Of a stretch of 64,000 nucleotides of DNA, positions 12,197 through 24,455 are shown one piece after another. The translations under genes were made by a program, and so were the position numbers. Origin of the DNA: Octopus vulgaris (lineage: Eukaryota); NCBI GenBank assembly GCA_951406725.2, contig OX597820.1, forward strand, positions 11,470,001 through 11,534,000, in the 5' to 3' direction. Numbering within the stretch: position 1 is the first letter of the stretch; each line of letters begins with the position of its first letter. Below the pieces are notes generated by a model. The model was given only the letters and a program-made list of their open reading frames with translations. It made no database searches and was not told the DNA's origin.

Positions 12197-12565
12197 CAAA
12201 TGAAAGACAGAAGATGGAATATACGAGAATTTATTATTAATCACGACAATTAATTCAACACACCTAGCATCGATTCCTCTTGGGTGGGACACTCAACAAC
12301 TGGTTCAGGAGCAGCCGTTGGAACACGTATATATATATATATATATATATATAAAAAGAGAGATTTTCTTTAAGTATTAGAAATAGTTTTAGAGAGATTT
12401 TTTTTAGCTGCTATTTCTAATGAGTTCAGTATGTGGCAAAGTAATTTATTTTACTAAGCCCTTTTATATAATGTAATAATTTGAATTCGCCTTAAATGGT
12501 CCCTTTGCATACTGAATACTTGGTGAAATTGATTAATAATTAATTAATTTTACCCTCAATTGTTG

Positions 12566-12632
<67 letters not shown>

Positions 12633-12654
12633 CATACATACATACATACATACA

Positions 12655-12687
<33 letters not shown>

Positions 12688-12997
12688 TCATACAAATACA
12701 AGGCTTTGGTTGGCCTGAAGCTATAGTAGAAGACACTGGCTCAAAGTGTCACGCAGTCGGACTGAACCCAGAATCATGTGGTTGGTAAGCAAGCTACCTA
12801 CCACACTGCCACTCCTGCTCCTATATATATAGGTAGCTTGCTTACCAACCACATGGTCCTGGGTTCAGTCCCACTGCGTGACACCTTGAGCAAGTGTCGT
12901 CTACTGTGACCTCGGGCCGACTAAAGCCTTGTAAGTGGATTTGGTAGGCGGAAACTGATCACTAGGCACTATACATTCTTTATTTTCTCTCCCTGTT

Positions 12998-13035
12998 TCT
13001 TTCTGTGGAAGAGCGTAGGCTCGAAACGTTAAAGA
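12998..13035 (+). ncRNA. Minimal type-I hammerhead-like motif, family P2 (core CUGUGGA)
   Basis: TCTTT-CTGTGGA-A-GAGC gtag GCTC-GAAA-CG-TT-AAAGA. Confidence 0.55.
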
Positions 13036-13630
13036 CTTTTTCACTTCCCGAGCGTTAAACTAATACATCTATTCGTTATCTACACCACCTGTCTTCTTCG
13101 TCTTTTGTTTGTTTGTTTTGGGGGGTTTTTTTGGGTGAATTCTTCCCTATGTATGTATGTATGTATGTATGTATGTATGTATGTATGTATGTATGTATGT
13201 ATGTATGTATGTCCACAGTCAAATGACTGAAACAAGCAAAGGGATAAAGGAATATATATACATATATACACGACGAGCCTCTTTCAGTTTCCGTCTACCA
13301 AATCCACTCACAAGGCTTTATTCGGCCCAAGGCTATAGCAGACGATATTTACCCAGTGGGACTGAACACGGAACAATGTGGTTGAGAAGCAACCTTTCTT
13401 TATAACGGAGTCGTTAGCGCGTCGCACAAAATCCTTAGCGGCATTTCGTCCGTCTTTACGTTCTGACTACCGATTCTGCCGAGGTCGGCTTTGCCATTTA
13501 TCCCTTTTGGGGTCGTGGAAATAAGTAGAAGTCAAATCCTGGAGCCTCCTCTTCCCCAAATTTCAGACCTTATACTTGTAGTAAAAAGGATTATATTATA
13601 TTTAGTCTTATTTGAAACATTTTATGTGTA

Positions 13631-14142
13631 CCGTAAATCCTCGAGTATAACCCGCATTTTTCCCCCAAAATTTAAAGGTGAAAATCCCTTGTGCGTACTA
13701 TATACCAGGTTAAAAATGAAAATTATTTTCTAAGCAATGTCCGAGTCTCTATTTGCTGTCCGGCAATGTTTATTCAGACGCATTTTGTGATGTCAGGCGC
13801 GAAAATACCTTAAGCTAAGCCTGAAAGCAATGAAGTCATAAAAGAAATATCCATAACTTGCAGTAAGCAACATTTATTAAACGCTATTACTGCTATTCCT
13901 TTATTTTCTGCAAACAAAATGCACAAAAAAGCTACACGTTTGCATTATGTTATATATACAATAATAATAAAGGACGTTACCGTATACAGTTTTACAAACC
14001 AAGGACGTTATGTAGACCTCCTTGACTCGAGTTAGAGAAGGGGTGCGTATTATACACAAGGTTTAAGTTTTTCAGAGGTACAGCCCCCTAAAAATCCCCT
14101 GCGTATTATACTCAAGGGCGAACTATACTCGAGGATTTACTG
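13631..14142. mobile_element. Tc1/mariner-superfamily (pogo/Tc2-like) MITE
   Basis: TIRs ccgtaaatcctcgagtata / tatactcgaggatttactg; TA on both sides; subterminal tgcgtattatac repeats. Confidence 0.8.
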
Positions 14143-14402
14143 TATATCTGTTCGTTCACCCACTGCCTCCATCATCGTCACCCCCACAGTACTAAATCTC
14201 TTTGTTTTAAAATCCCGCCTCTCTTTCTCTCTTTCTCTCGCTTTCTCTCTCTCGCTCTCTCTCTATTATTAACAAACTCTTTCACTGTTTCCCCCTCACT
14301 CTCACTCTATTTATCCCATTCTTGCTATGTCCCATACATCAACGACTCCTTATTTCACCCTTACATTCCCATTGTTCTCCTTCACTCTCCCACTATGATA
14401 CC

Positions 14403-14815
14403 TATTTCTTTACTACCTACAAGGGGCTAAACACAGATGGGACAAACAAGGACAGACAAACGGATTAAGTCGATTATATCGACTCCAGTGCGTAACTGGT
14501 ACTTAATTTATCGACCCCGAAAGGATGAAAGGCAAAGTCGACCTCGGCAGAATTTCAACTCAGAACGTAGCGGCAGACGAAATACCTATTTCTTTACCAC
14601 CCACAAAGGGATAAACACAGAGAGGACAAACAAGGACAGACAAGGGCATTAAGTCAATTATATCGACCCCAGTGCATAACTGATACTAAATTAATCGACC
14701 CCGAAAGGATGAAAGGCAAAGTCGACCATGGCGGAATTTGAACTCAGAACGTAGCGGCAGACGAAATACCGCTAAGCATTTCGCCCGGCGTGCTAACGTG
14801 TCTGCCAGCTCGCCG
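14403..14815 (-). mobile_element. SINE family A dimer with TSD
   Basis: head gcggcgagctggcaga..cgttagcacgccgggcgaaatgc, B box gagttcaaattcc; TSD ctatgatacc (14393-402/14816-25); internal junction aaagaaata|ggtatttc. Confidence 0.9.
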
Positions 14816-15300
14816 CTATGATACCAACAGCATATTTCTTTTTTCTCCCTCCCTCTCGTCATACCAAAAGCAAAATTTAAAAAATCGGAGTCCTAAGAAT
14901 GAAAGAGTGAATCCATAATTCTAGTGGAAGTCTAGTTACAGAAGCTGATGACGATGCTGATGCGAGACATCAATCAAAGAAAATGGTTTATCAGGTGGCG
15001 TTAATTAATATTAGCGGAAATTAAATTCCAAGATGCTCGTTTAAACTGCGTTCGTGAGCAAATGTGGTCTTTCCTTTGATACGTGATTTGCTAAACACCA
15101 ACTTTCCATCAATAATGTCGCGCTAAACGATTTCCTAAACTTATAGTTTTTCTGTTGTCAAATACAAATGAGCTTCGAAGGCAGAAAAAAACAAAACAAA
15201 TTAATGATAATAAAATCTGCAATGTAATGCTACAAGGAATGTAGCTTGCTGAAAACTTGAGACTACTTTTGAACATGGAGGTCGCCTTGAACAGAATATA

Positions 15301-15675
15301 TTTATACATTATTTACATTTGACGGATATTTGTCCTCATCTTGTTTTTTGTTAACACAACGTTTCGGCTGATATACCCTCCAGCCTTCATCAGGTGTCTT
15401 GGGGAAATTTCGAACCTGGGTTCTCATTCCTAAGGATTATTATTACTATTTACATTATTTATATTTGACGGATATTTGTCCTTATCTTGTTTTTTGTTAA
15501 CACAACGTTTCGGCTGATATACCCTCCAGCCTTCATCAGGTGTCATGGGGAAATTTCGAACCTGGGTTCCCAAAGACACCTGATGAAGGCTGGAGGGTAT
15601 ACCAGCCGAAACGTTCTGTTAACAACAAACAAGATGAGGACAAATATCCATCAAATATAAATAATGTAAATAATG
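15301..15675. mobile_element. Penelope-like P1 locus: two tandem minus copies and one inverted plus copy, each with a minimal hammerhead
   Basis: HHR GACAC-CTGATGA-A-GGCTG..CAGCC-GAAA-CG-TT-GTGTT at 15353-15398(-), 15499-15544(-) and 15575-15620(+, CTGTT variant); 146-bp period. Confidence 0.8.
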
Positions 15676-15809
15676 TGCCTTATACAATGTATATCGCCAC
15701 TCTATTCTAATGATGACTGATTGTGAATTGATGGGGCATTTGGCTGTTGTTACTAGCATGTCGGACCCTGAAAGTAGCCTGCATTACATCGCTAATAAGA
15801 AGCTTGGAA

Positions 15810-15996
15810 AAGGCGGCGAACTGGCAGAAACGTTAGCACGCCGGGCGAAATGCTTAGCAGTATTTCGTCTGTCGCTACGTTCTGAGTTCAAATCCCGCCG
15901 AGGTCGACTTTGCATTTCATTCTTTTGGAGTCGATAAATTAAGTACCACTTGCATACTGGGGTCGATCTAATCGACTGGCCTCCTCTTCAAAAATT
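15810..15996 (+). mobile_element. SINE family A
   Basis: aggcggcgaactggcagaaacgttagc...gaggtcgactttgc..tcgataaattaagtacc. Confidence 0.85.
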
Positions 15997-16073
15997 ATTG
16001 TATGTATGTATGTATTTATGTATGTATGTATGTATGTATGCATGCATGCATGTATGTATGTATGTATGTATGA

Positions 16074-16395
16074 AGGCGCGTGGCTTAGTGGTTAGGGCAT
16101 TCGGCTCACGATCGTATGGTTGTGAGTTCGTTTCCTGGCGACGCGTTGTGTCCTTGAGCAAGACACTTTATTTCACGTTGCTCCAGTCCACTCAGCTGGC
16201 AAAAATGAGTAGCACCTGTATTTCAAAGGGGCCAGCCTTGTCACACTCTGTGTCACGCTGAATGTTACTTAGAACTACGTGAAGGCTACAATTGTCTGTG
16301 GAGTGCTCAGCCACTTGCACGTTAATTTCACGAGCAAGCTGTTCCATTGATCGTATCAGCTGCGACCCTCGTAGTCGTAACCCACGGAGTGCTCC
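16074..16395 (+). mobile_element. SINE family C, full length
   Basis: ggcgcgtggcttagtggttaggg head; tail ...cgtagtcgtaacccacggagtgc; other copies 30126-30413, 34685-35000, 55450-55717, 56988-57270. Confidence 0.85.
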
Positions 16396-16969
16396 TGATG
16401 TATGTATATACATATGTATGTACGTACGTATGTGTGTATGCAAATTGGCTAGTTAGGGAAGGAGGTATGTGTGTGTGTGAAAGAGAGAGAGAGAGAGAGA
16501 GTAGGAGTGAGGGGTGGTAATGGCGAGTGAAGCATGTATATACACGTGAAGTAATTAGCCTTCAACTAATATAGATTATATAATCAACTCCCTTTTAACA
16601 GTTTGGATTCTTTACATAGTTTGCAGTCTGCTTTGATCTTTGAATAAACATAAACAAAATTACACATACACACACTCTAACAAATAAATACACACACACA
16701 CACACACATGCAATAATACATACATATACATGAAGAGAGGGAGAGTGAGTGTGTGTGAGAGAGAGTTGTTTGCGTTCAGCCAAAGAACAAAGCAGACCAC
16801 AATTTGTGCATAGAAGTCTTTACAATGATAAGCCGAGAGGATTATGTAACGTATATGAGCGAAGGTCTAATTGGTTGCTGTACGTGTGCGTAACATTTCA
16901 CTGAAAGTCACGATGGATTCCCAAGTACTTGCACACTTGCGAAGTAATTAGTTGTCAATCAATCAATCA

Positions 16970-17002
16970 ACACACAACACACACACACACACACACGAAG
17001 AT

Positions 17003-17067
<65 letters not shown>

Positions 17068-17470
17068 AAGATACATACATACATACATACATACATACAT
17101 ACATACATACACACATACACACATACATACATACATACACACATACATACACACATACGTACATACATACATAAATACGTACATACATGCACACATACAT
17201 ACATACATACATACATACATACATACATACATACATACATACACACATACATACATACATACATAAATACGTACATACATGCACACACACACACATACAT
17301 ACACACACACATACATACATACACACATACACACATACATACATACACACACACACACACATATATATACATACACACATAAACACATACATACATACAT
17401 ACATACATACATACATACATACATACATACATACATAGACTTGCAGGCAGGCAAGCAGGAAGGCAGGAAG
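16970..17470. repeat. Compound microsatellite (CA)n/(AGAT)n/(ACAT)n
   Basis: direct reading. Confidence 0.95.
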
Positions 17471-17677
17471 GCAGACAGCAAAATACAGGAGGATCAGTTA
17501 TTTTATTCAACATATTCCCCCTCTCAGATTCCTGCAGTTATTGCAGTGGCCCTTCAGTTATTCTAAGCCTTGTAAAAGAACTCGGAAGGTTTGGCTTCCA
17601 GCCAGGTCTTTCACGCTACCCTTAAAGCCAGGAGCTTTTCAGAACCCACACGTATATATACATAAGTAGGTATACAA

Positions 17678-17731
<54 letters not shown>

Positions 17732-17856
17732 ATATACATACATACATACATACATACATGCATGCATAGTGTTAAACAATTTCGGTATGCAAACTAGGGA
17801 CTCCTTCATAGAGTAACTGCTGCATTTGTTGAGTATATAAACAGTTTGTTTGCTTG

Positions 17857-17934
17857 TTTCTCAGAATGATGTGGACGCCTCTGATGAGATCCCAATAAGG
17901 TTCGAAAATCGATTGAGGTTGTTCATCTGAGAAA
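17857..17934 (+). ncRNA. Decayed type-I hammerhead with extended stem I
   Basis: tttctcaga..GCCT-CTGATGA-gatcc caataa ggttc-GAAA-ATCGAT-T-G-AGGT..tctgagaaa; position 17 is G. Confidence 0.55.
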
Positions 17935-17969
17935 TGGCTAAAATTTGCCCTCTTTATAATTATACCATT

Positions 17970-18102
<133 letters not shown>

Positions 18103-18590
18103 AGATAATGGTGTCATTGAGACCCAAGTGCTATAGACAGGCCAAAGTTAAGTTCCAGAAGCGGTAATATTGCGAAGGCTGTATAGATATGAGAGCATTT
18201 ATACGTGTGTATGCGTTTGTCTGTCTGACTGTATGTAAGTATGTATTTTAAGTCTGATTGCTCATTATATCCATGTTGTGATAGCGTTAAAGTCATACCA
18301 ATGATGGACGTAATATTTATGAACTAATTTGCAAAACTCTTGTATCAACCAATTAAAACCTTTCTTGTGTATAAGACAGATATGTTTTAATGACAGCATT
18401 TTTTTCTAATTAGTTTCTAAATTGTGTATTTAATGAAAATGGTCTTTATGTTACAAATTAGAGATCAAACACAAATCTTCACACACACAAACATACACTC
18501 AAGCACATACACACACACACACACATACACACATACACGCAAATACACACACAAATATACACACATACGCATACACATGAAAGTATGCAC

Positions 18591-19296
18591 CAGTGTTTCT
18601 CAACCATTATGGACCCCTTTGATTATTCCTTTATTCTGGTGGACCCCTATAAACATTCGATGTTTAAAAACAAGTGTTATAGATACTTCTAAAATTCCCA
18701 TTCTGTTATTCCTACATTCGTGGCACTCCGCCGGTTACGACGACGAGGGTTCAATTGATCCGATCAACAGAACAGCCTGCTCGTGAAATTAACGTGCAAG
18801 TGGTTGAGTACTCCACAGACACATGTACCCTTAACGTAGTTCTCGGGGAGATTCAGCGTGACACAATGTGTGACAAGGCTGGCCCTTTGAAATACAGGTA
18901 CAACAGAAACAGGAAGAAAGAGTGAGAGAAAGTTGTGATGAAAAAGTACAGTAGGGTTCGCCACCACCCCCTGCCGGAGCCTCGTGGAGCTTTAGGCGTT
19001 TTCGCTCAATAAACACTTACAACGCCCGGCCTGGCAATCGAAACTGCGATCCTACTCTAACCACTGGGCCATTGCGCCTCTACATTCACACGTTAACTTG
19101 CGTAGATTGGACCATGTAAAATATTAGAGAAAGAAATCAAGGTGCTTCTTGCAATACATATATTTAAATCCATATTTTACATGAACCCTTTATTACTATT
19201 GTGGATCCACAATTTACCATTTTGCTAACATGAACCCTCAAATCTACTTTGTAAGGACCCCAAGGGATCATCTGGAATGCGGTTAAGGACCACTTG
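18591..19296. mobile_element. hAT(Charlie)-like MITE interrupted by a family D SINE (18720-19080, TSD ctacattc)
   Basis: ends cagtgtttctcaacc / ggttaaggaccacttg; repeated tggaccc subterminal motifs. Confidence 0.5.
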
Positions 19297-19608
19297 TATA
19301 GATAAACAAAGAGGTTGTCGCACATTTTCGTATGCTCATGTCGACCCGTGTGTCCATTTGTATATTGTTTTATTGTTTTATGCTTTACTAATTAAAATCA
19401 ATCATTGGGCTGCAACCATACTAGACCACCGACTTGAAAGGCTTGAATCGATTATATCGATCACATTAAAATTCTGGTATATGCAACTGTCATAGAATTA
19501 GCAAAACCACGGCCGTATTCCACAGAATGTGCGCTATCTGGTTCTCCGAGTTACACATAGAGATCCGGCTCTATAAGAGCATAGTTCCATCAACAGTTCT
19601 CTCTGCTA

Positions 19609-19838
19609 GGTGAGTTGGCAGAAACGTTAGGATGCCGGGCGTAATGCGTAGCCGTATTTCGTCTGCCTTTATGTTCTGAGTTCAAATTCCACCGAGGTCG
19701 ACTTTGCCTTTCATCCTTTCGGGTTCGATAAATTAAGTACCAGTTACGCACTGGGGTCTATATAATCGACTTAATCCGTTTGTCTGTCCTTGTTTGTCCT
19801 CTCTGTGTTTAGCCCCTTGTGGGTAGTAAAGAAATAGG
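19609..19838 (+). mobile_element. SINE family A (tail type 1)
   Basis: full head, body and tail ending gtagtaaagaaata. Confidence 0.85.
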
Positions 19839-19854
19839 AGACATGTAAGAGCAC

Positions 19855-20172
19855 CGTGAAAATAGACAGAAAGCTAGATGTGTTCCGCTAAAGACACTTG
19901 TCAAAGATTCTGAGAACGCATTGGCAAAAACCACGTAATCAAATAAAGACGTTCTAGAGAGCCAGTACAAACCACTTAGCGAAATCATCACAGAACAAAG
20001 ATTAGAACTATAGCATGTTACATATGCCGGGTACCAGCACAACGCCCATCCTACAGCAGCTTTTAAATGGACACTACGGGGGGCGCAGGGAGTAGAGAAA
20101 GACCGAAATCAGCATGGCACGGAGCATTAATAACAGACATCATAGAGGCTAATATCCCATGGTTGGACGCAG
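19855..20172 (+). pseudogene. RTE-clade LINE C-terminal remnant
   Basis: IDRKLDVFR*RHLSKILRTHWQ..KPLSEIITEQRL..RERPKSAW. Confidence 0.55.
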
Positions 20173-20244
20173 GAACCCCCCCCCCCTAGCCAACAGAAGC
20201 CAGTGGCATTAACTTGCTGCCTAATGGGCTCGAGAACAGAGATA

Positions 20245-20765
20245 AAGATCCTCTTTCGTCATAAATGACCATGGGATGGCACGTAGAAAGTTCCCTTCCA
20301 AGGCACAAGTCTGGGCAAGGTTGTTTATGGAAAACCAGTAGTAGGCCATGCATACCAGCCTCCCTCTCCAGGCCATCACTGTTATCCGAGGGAAAGGAAA
20401 AGACCGTTACAGCTTGGCGGCGAGCTGGCAGAAGCCTTAGCACGCCGGGCGAAATGCTTTGTGGTATTTCGTCTGCCGCTACATTCTGAGTTCAAATTCT
20501 GCCGAGTTCGACTTTGCCTTTTATCCTTTCGGGGTCGATTAAATAAGTACCAGTTACGCACTGGGGTCGATATAATCGACTTAATCAGTTTGTCTGTCCT
20601 TGTTTGTCCTCTCTGTGTTTAGCCCCTTGTGGGTAGTAAAGAAATAAAAGGCCGTTACAGCTTGGCACCAGTGGCGTCGCATCTCATTTCTACAGCTGAG
20701 TGAACTGGAGCAACGTGAAGTAAAACGCCTTGCTCAAGAACACGACACACAGCCCGGTCCGGGAA
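20245..20765 (-). mobile_element. SINE family C interrupted by a family A SINE (20419-20646, +)
   Basis: TSD aaa.g.ccgttacagcttggc on both sides of the family A copy. Confidence 0.8.
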
Positions 20766-21675
20766 TTGGTATAGATACGCAACTGTGGAACTTGCAAGAC
20801 GGTTTAGTTAAACAATTAGGGTCAAGAAAGAAAAGAATGGCGCAATCAAGACAAAATCGGAAGCGCATCGTGACCAGTGATGAATAACAACATCTGATGG
20901 TCAGGTTGATACTGTGATACTATTTCATTCGCCACTCTCGTGTGCGATAAACGGTACCGAAAATTAAATATGTTCTGCGTGTTATTGACTTCACAACTAC
21001 CCTAGAACAACGAAAAGAAATTAGTAAATAGCTTTGGGTGTGGATTTTAAAAATGAAGAAGTAGAAGAAAATCAAATATCTTAAAATAGTTAACTCGACT
21101 CCATTGTCCTTGAAAATAGCATTAGCGCTGAATTCTATTTAACTGACTTAAACACGATATGTTTTAAATAGAATAAAATGCCAAACAATTATCACAGAAC
21201 AATCGATATTTCGGTTATTTTCATGAAAACCAAAATGAAAGAATTAATAAATAAAATATAAAAAGTTATTCCCACACACACACAAAAAAATTGTTATTGA
21301 TTTATTAAATGGGTCGTCATTAAAGATGCTATTTCTGTGTGTATTCTAATGACGCGTGTATACGGAGTGAGCGCCGTTGGGCAGACGTCATATTTCAGCG
21401 CGTTCGGCTTCAAGTTGGTTTCTATTTTGGACAACATGTTTCACATCACATGTTTCGCCTAAACCATTGGACACGACTTACATTCACATCACTTGTAATA
21501 ACGCAATAGTGTGAGCATGAATTTGAGACCAGCCTTTTGCTAATGAACAATAAGATGTCACGAAACCCTGAGAACCGTTCGTTATGTTCTTCAATAGATC
21601 TTTGGCTATATTCAGTTAAAACTGTTTGAGTTTAAATCCTGAATGAATGAATGTGTGTGCGTTTATGTGTATATG

Positions 21676-21711
<36 letters not shown>

Positions 21712-21838
21712 TGTATGTATGTATGTATGTATGTATGTATGTATGTATGTATATATATATGTGTATATATGTATGTTTATACTTATATATATGTATATAT
21801 ATGTATATATATATACATACATATACATATATATATAT

Positions 21839-21930
<92 letters not shown>

Positions 21931-22058
21931 CCAAAAGTTACGTACGCCGCTATATGTATACTGAAAAATGGAACAAGGACGTAACAGGCGACAACAAAAC
22001 ATCTGGACAGTTGGATGATCTAAAAAAAGACAGGAAAAAATAAGGACGGCATTCAGAG

Positions 22059-22147
22059 CTTTCTATCGTCAGTCGAGTTCCAGATCGTCGTTTCAATTTC
22101 GGTCGGTTACACTCGAGACTGCTCCAATCTGGCCGGCCCCAAGAAAA
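22059..22147 (-). ncRNA. Candidate non-circularly permuted hammerhead ribozyme, family X1 copy D
   Basis: minus: TTTTCTT-gg-GGCCGG-CCAGAT-tgga-GCAGT-C-TCGAGT-gtaa-CCGACC-GAA-ATTG-aaacgacg-ATCTGG-a-ACTCGA-CTGACGA-tAGAAAG. Confidence 0.7.
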
Positions 22148-22176
22148 TCTAAACTAAGAGCACTAGATTCTTTAGA

Positions 22177-22239
<63 letters not shown>

Positions 22240-22275
22240 AGTGTATAAAGATATATATACAATCAATAAATTAGA

Positions 22276-22928
22276 AAGTTTTACTGTGTAAATCATAAGG
22301 GTAAAAAAGAAATCCTGCCATGGGTGTTCTCTTTGTGTATATTTCTTTATGCACCCTTATATATGAAAAAATGTCATATGACTTTTATTACGCCTACGAA
22401 ACATTGGTAATAAATTATTGTAATTTTTTACCCTTATGATTTACTCAGTAAAACTTCCAAAATCTGAGGCTTAGAGTACGCAGTTTCGAAATTAATTATT
22501 TTCTGTTTGTTATGTGAATGCACCTGCGCACTAGATTTTGAATCCATAATATTATAAGGATGCAGCTCACACATATTTCTTCGGTACATATTAAGCTACA
22601 TAATTAGGCATTGTTTTAGCGATCCCACTGATGAACTACGGATAACAAAATAATTCCTTTGCTCATTGATAATGAAACTCAAGTATGGGATTAACTAAAA
22701 ATAATACCTTTCATTCTAGTGCTTTATCGGTGTGACTTTAGAATTATTCTTTCATGGTTTGGATTTAACTGCACTTTTTAGCATGTAAAAAATCCTGTCA
22801 TAGGCCTTCTCTTTGTGTATATATCTTTATACACTCTTATATATGAAAAATGTTTCTTATGACTTTTATTACGCATGCAAACCGCTGGTAATAAATTATT
22901 CTAATTTTTGGCCCTTATGATTTACACA

Positions 22929-22931
<3 letters not shown>
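22276..22931 (+). mobile_element. Penelope-like structure: ~145-bp direct repeats plus an inverted 30-bp piece, enclosing a hammerhead
   Basis: repeats ~22309-22452 and ~22789-22931; ttttactgtgtaaatcataagggtaaaaaa (22279-308) inverted to ~22424-453. Confidence 0.6.
22621..22692 (+). ncRNA. Type-I hammerhead ribozyme motif (stem II decayed)
   Basis: GATCCCA-CTGATGA-[39 nt]-GAAA-CT ca AG-TA-TGGGATT. Confidence 0.65.
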
Positions 22932-22973
<42 letters not shown>

Positions 22974-23007
22974 TATATATATAGGGTATAGGATCATAGA
23001 GTTCTTT

Positions 23008-23597
23008 TTTAATCTAAAATATACTCTCCTTCGTTTTCTACAATGCTCTTGCATCTCTCTGGTAGACTTCCAAGGCCCCTCTTCTAAAATTCCCTGGTCC
23101 GTGACGAAAAGGCCTCATCCACTACTGTTCTGATCTTATCTACAGAATTCATATTTTTTCTGTCCGAATGAATTTGAAGACTGCAGAATAAATGATAATC
23201 AGATAGGGCAATGTCTGGCGACTATGGTAGGTGGGACATCGTTTCCCATTCAAACTGCTCCAGCCTTTGGAATGTCATCTTCACTGTATGTGGCCGAGCA
23301 TTATCCTTTTTTTTTTGGATCGAATAGTGACTGGTGATGAGAAATATGTTCCGTATAAAAATGTCAAGCGCCGAAGACAGGGGGAAAGAAAAGGGAAACA
23401 CCGGCACCCACTTAAGGTGTTGTTATCTGTTTGGTGAGATATGAAAGGTCTAGTCCACTTAGAACTCTTAAACCCAAACAAAATGATAACAAAGGAAATC
23501 TACTAGAGTGGCTTAAGTAAGCACTAGAAGAAAATCGACCATCTTTGGTTTGAAGATGAAAGGTGTTCTTCCATTAGGATAATGCTTGGCCACACTC
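23008..23597. pseudogene. Rearranged mariner (DD34D) transposase remnant
   Basis: plus 23310-23597: FLDRIVTGDEKYV..HPLKVLLSVW..FH*DNAWPH; minus 23307-23008: DNARPHT..W..*SPDIALSDYHLF (34 aa between the two D residues). Confidence 0.85.
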
Positions 23598-24222
23598 CTT
23601 TCATCCTTTCATTAAATTCTTTCATCAAATCGATACTGCTTGTCGAAATCGATACTGCTTGTACAGGTGCATGGTGTACCACACGCCAGATGTCGAAGTG
23701 ATTGCACAACGATGTAAAATGAAGTGTTTTGCTCAAGGACACAACGCACAACCCGGTCCGAGAATCGAAGACACCATCTCGCGATCGTGAGTGCAACACC
23801 CTAACCACTAGTGTGCATGCACACACAGACACACAACACACACACACACACAAAACACGCACACACAATACACACAACGCGTGCGCGCACGGACACACGC
23901 ATACATACACACACACATGTACTTCGTCGACAAACAAGATATTGTGGTTGCGAGTACATGTCACTGACAAGACCTAAGAACGCTGAAATGCATCCAGCGT
24001 TCTCACTAACTGCTGCCGGAAGGAGTAGCTGTCTCACTCCGATGTACTGACAACCAGTACTTAACACAACAAAGCTTATACAAAACTTTACATTTTACTT
24101 TTGACAATCTTTTTCTAAATAAGTAAAACCGGTCAAGTGAACAAACATCTTTAAAACTGCATTTTCAAACCTTCTTTCATATATATATTTCCACTCGTGC
24201 GGTACCTTACAACTACACTTTG

Positions 24223-24268
<46 letters not shown>

Positions 24269-24354
24269 AGAGTTTACGAAAAAAACAAAAGACGAAGACA
24301 AGTGGTGTACAAAACAAACAGATGTATTAGTATAACGCTCAGGAATAGAAAAAG

Positions 24355-24392
24355 TATTTTACGTTTCGAGCCTACGCTCTTCTACAGAAAGG
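24355..24392 (-). ncRNA. Minimal hammerhead-like motif, family P2 (core CUGUAGA)
   Basis: minus: cTTT-CTGTAGA-A-GAGC gtag GCTC-GAAA-CG-TA-AAA; element 24265-24415 flanked by (TA)n on both sides. Confidence 0.55.
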
Positions 24393-24413
24393 GACACAGA
24401 CAAAACAAGGAGA

Positions 24414-24455
<42 letters not shown>

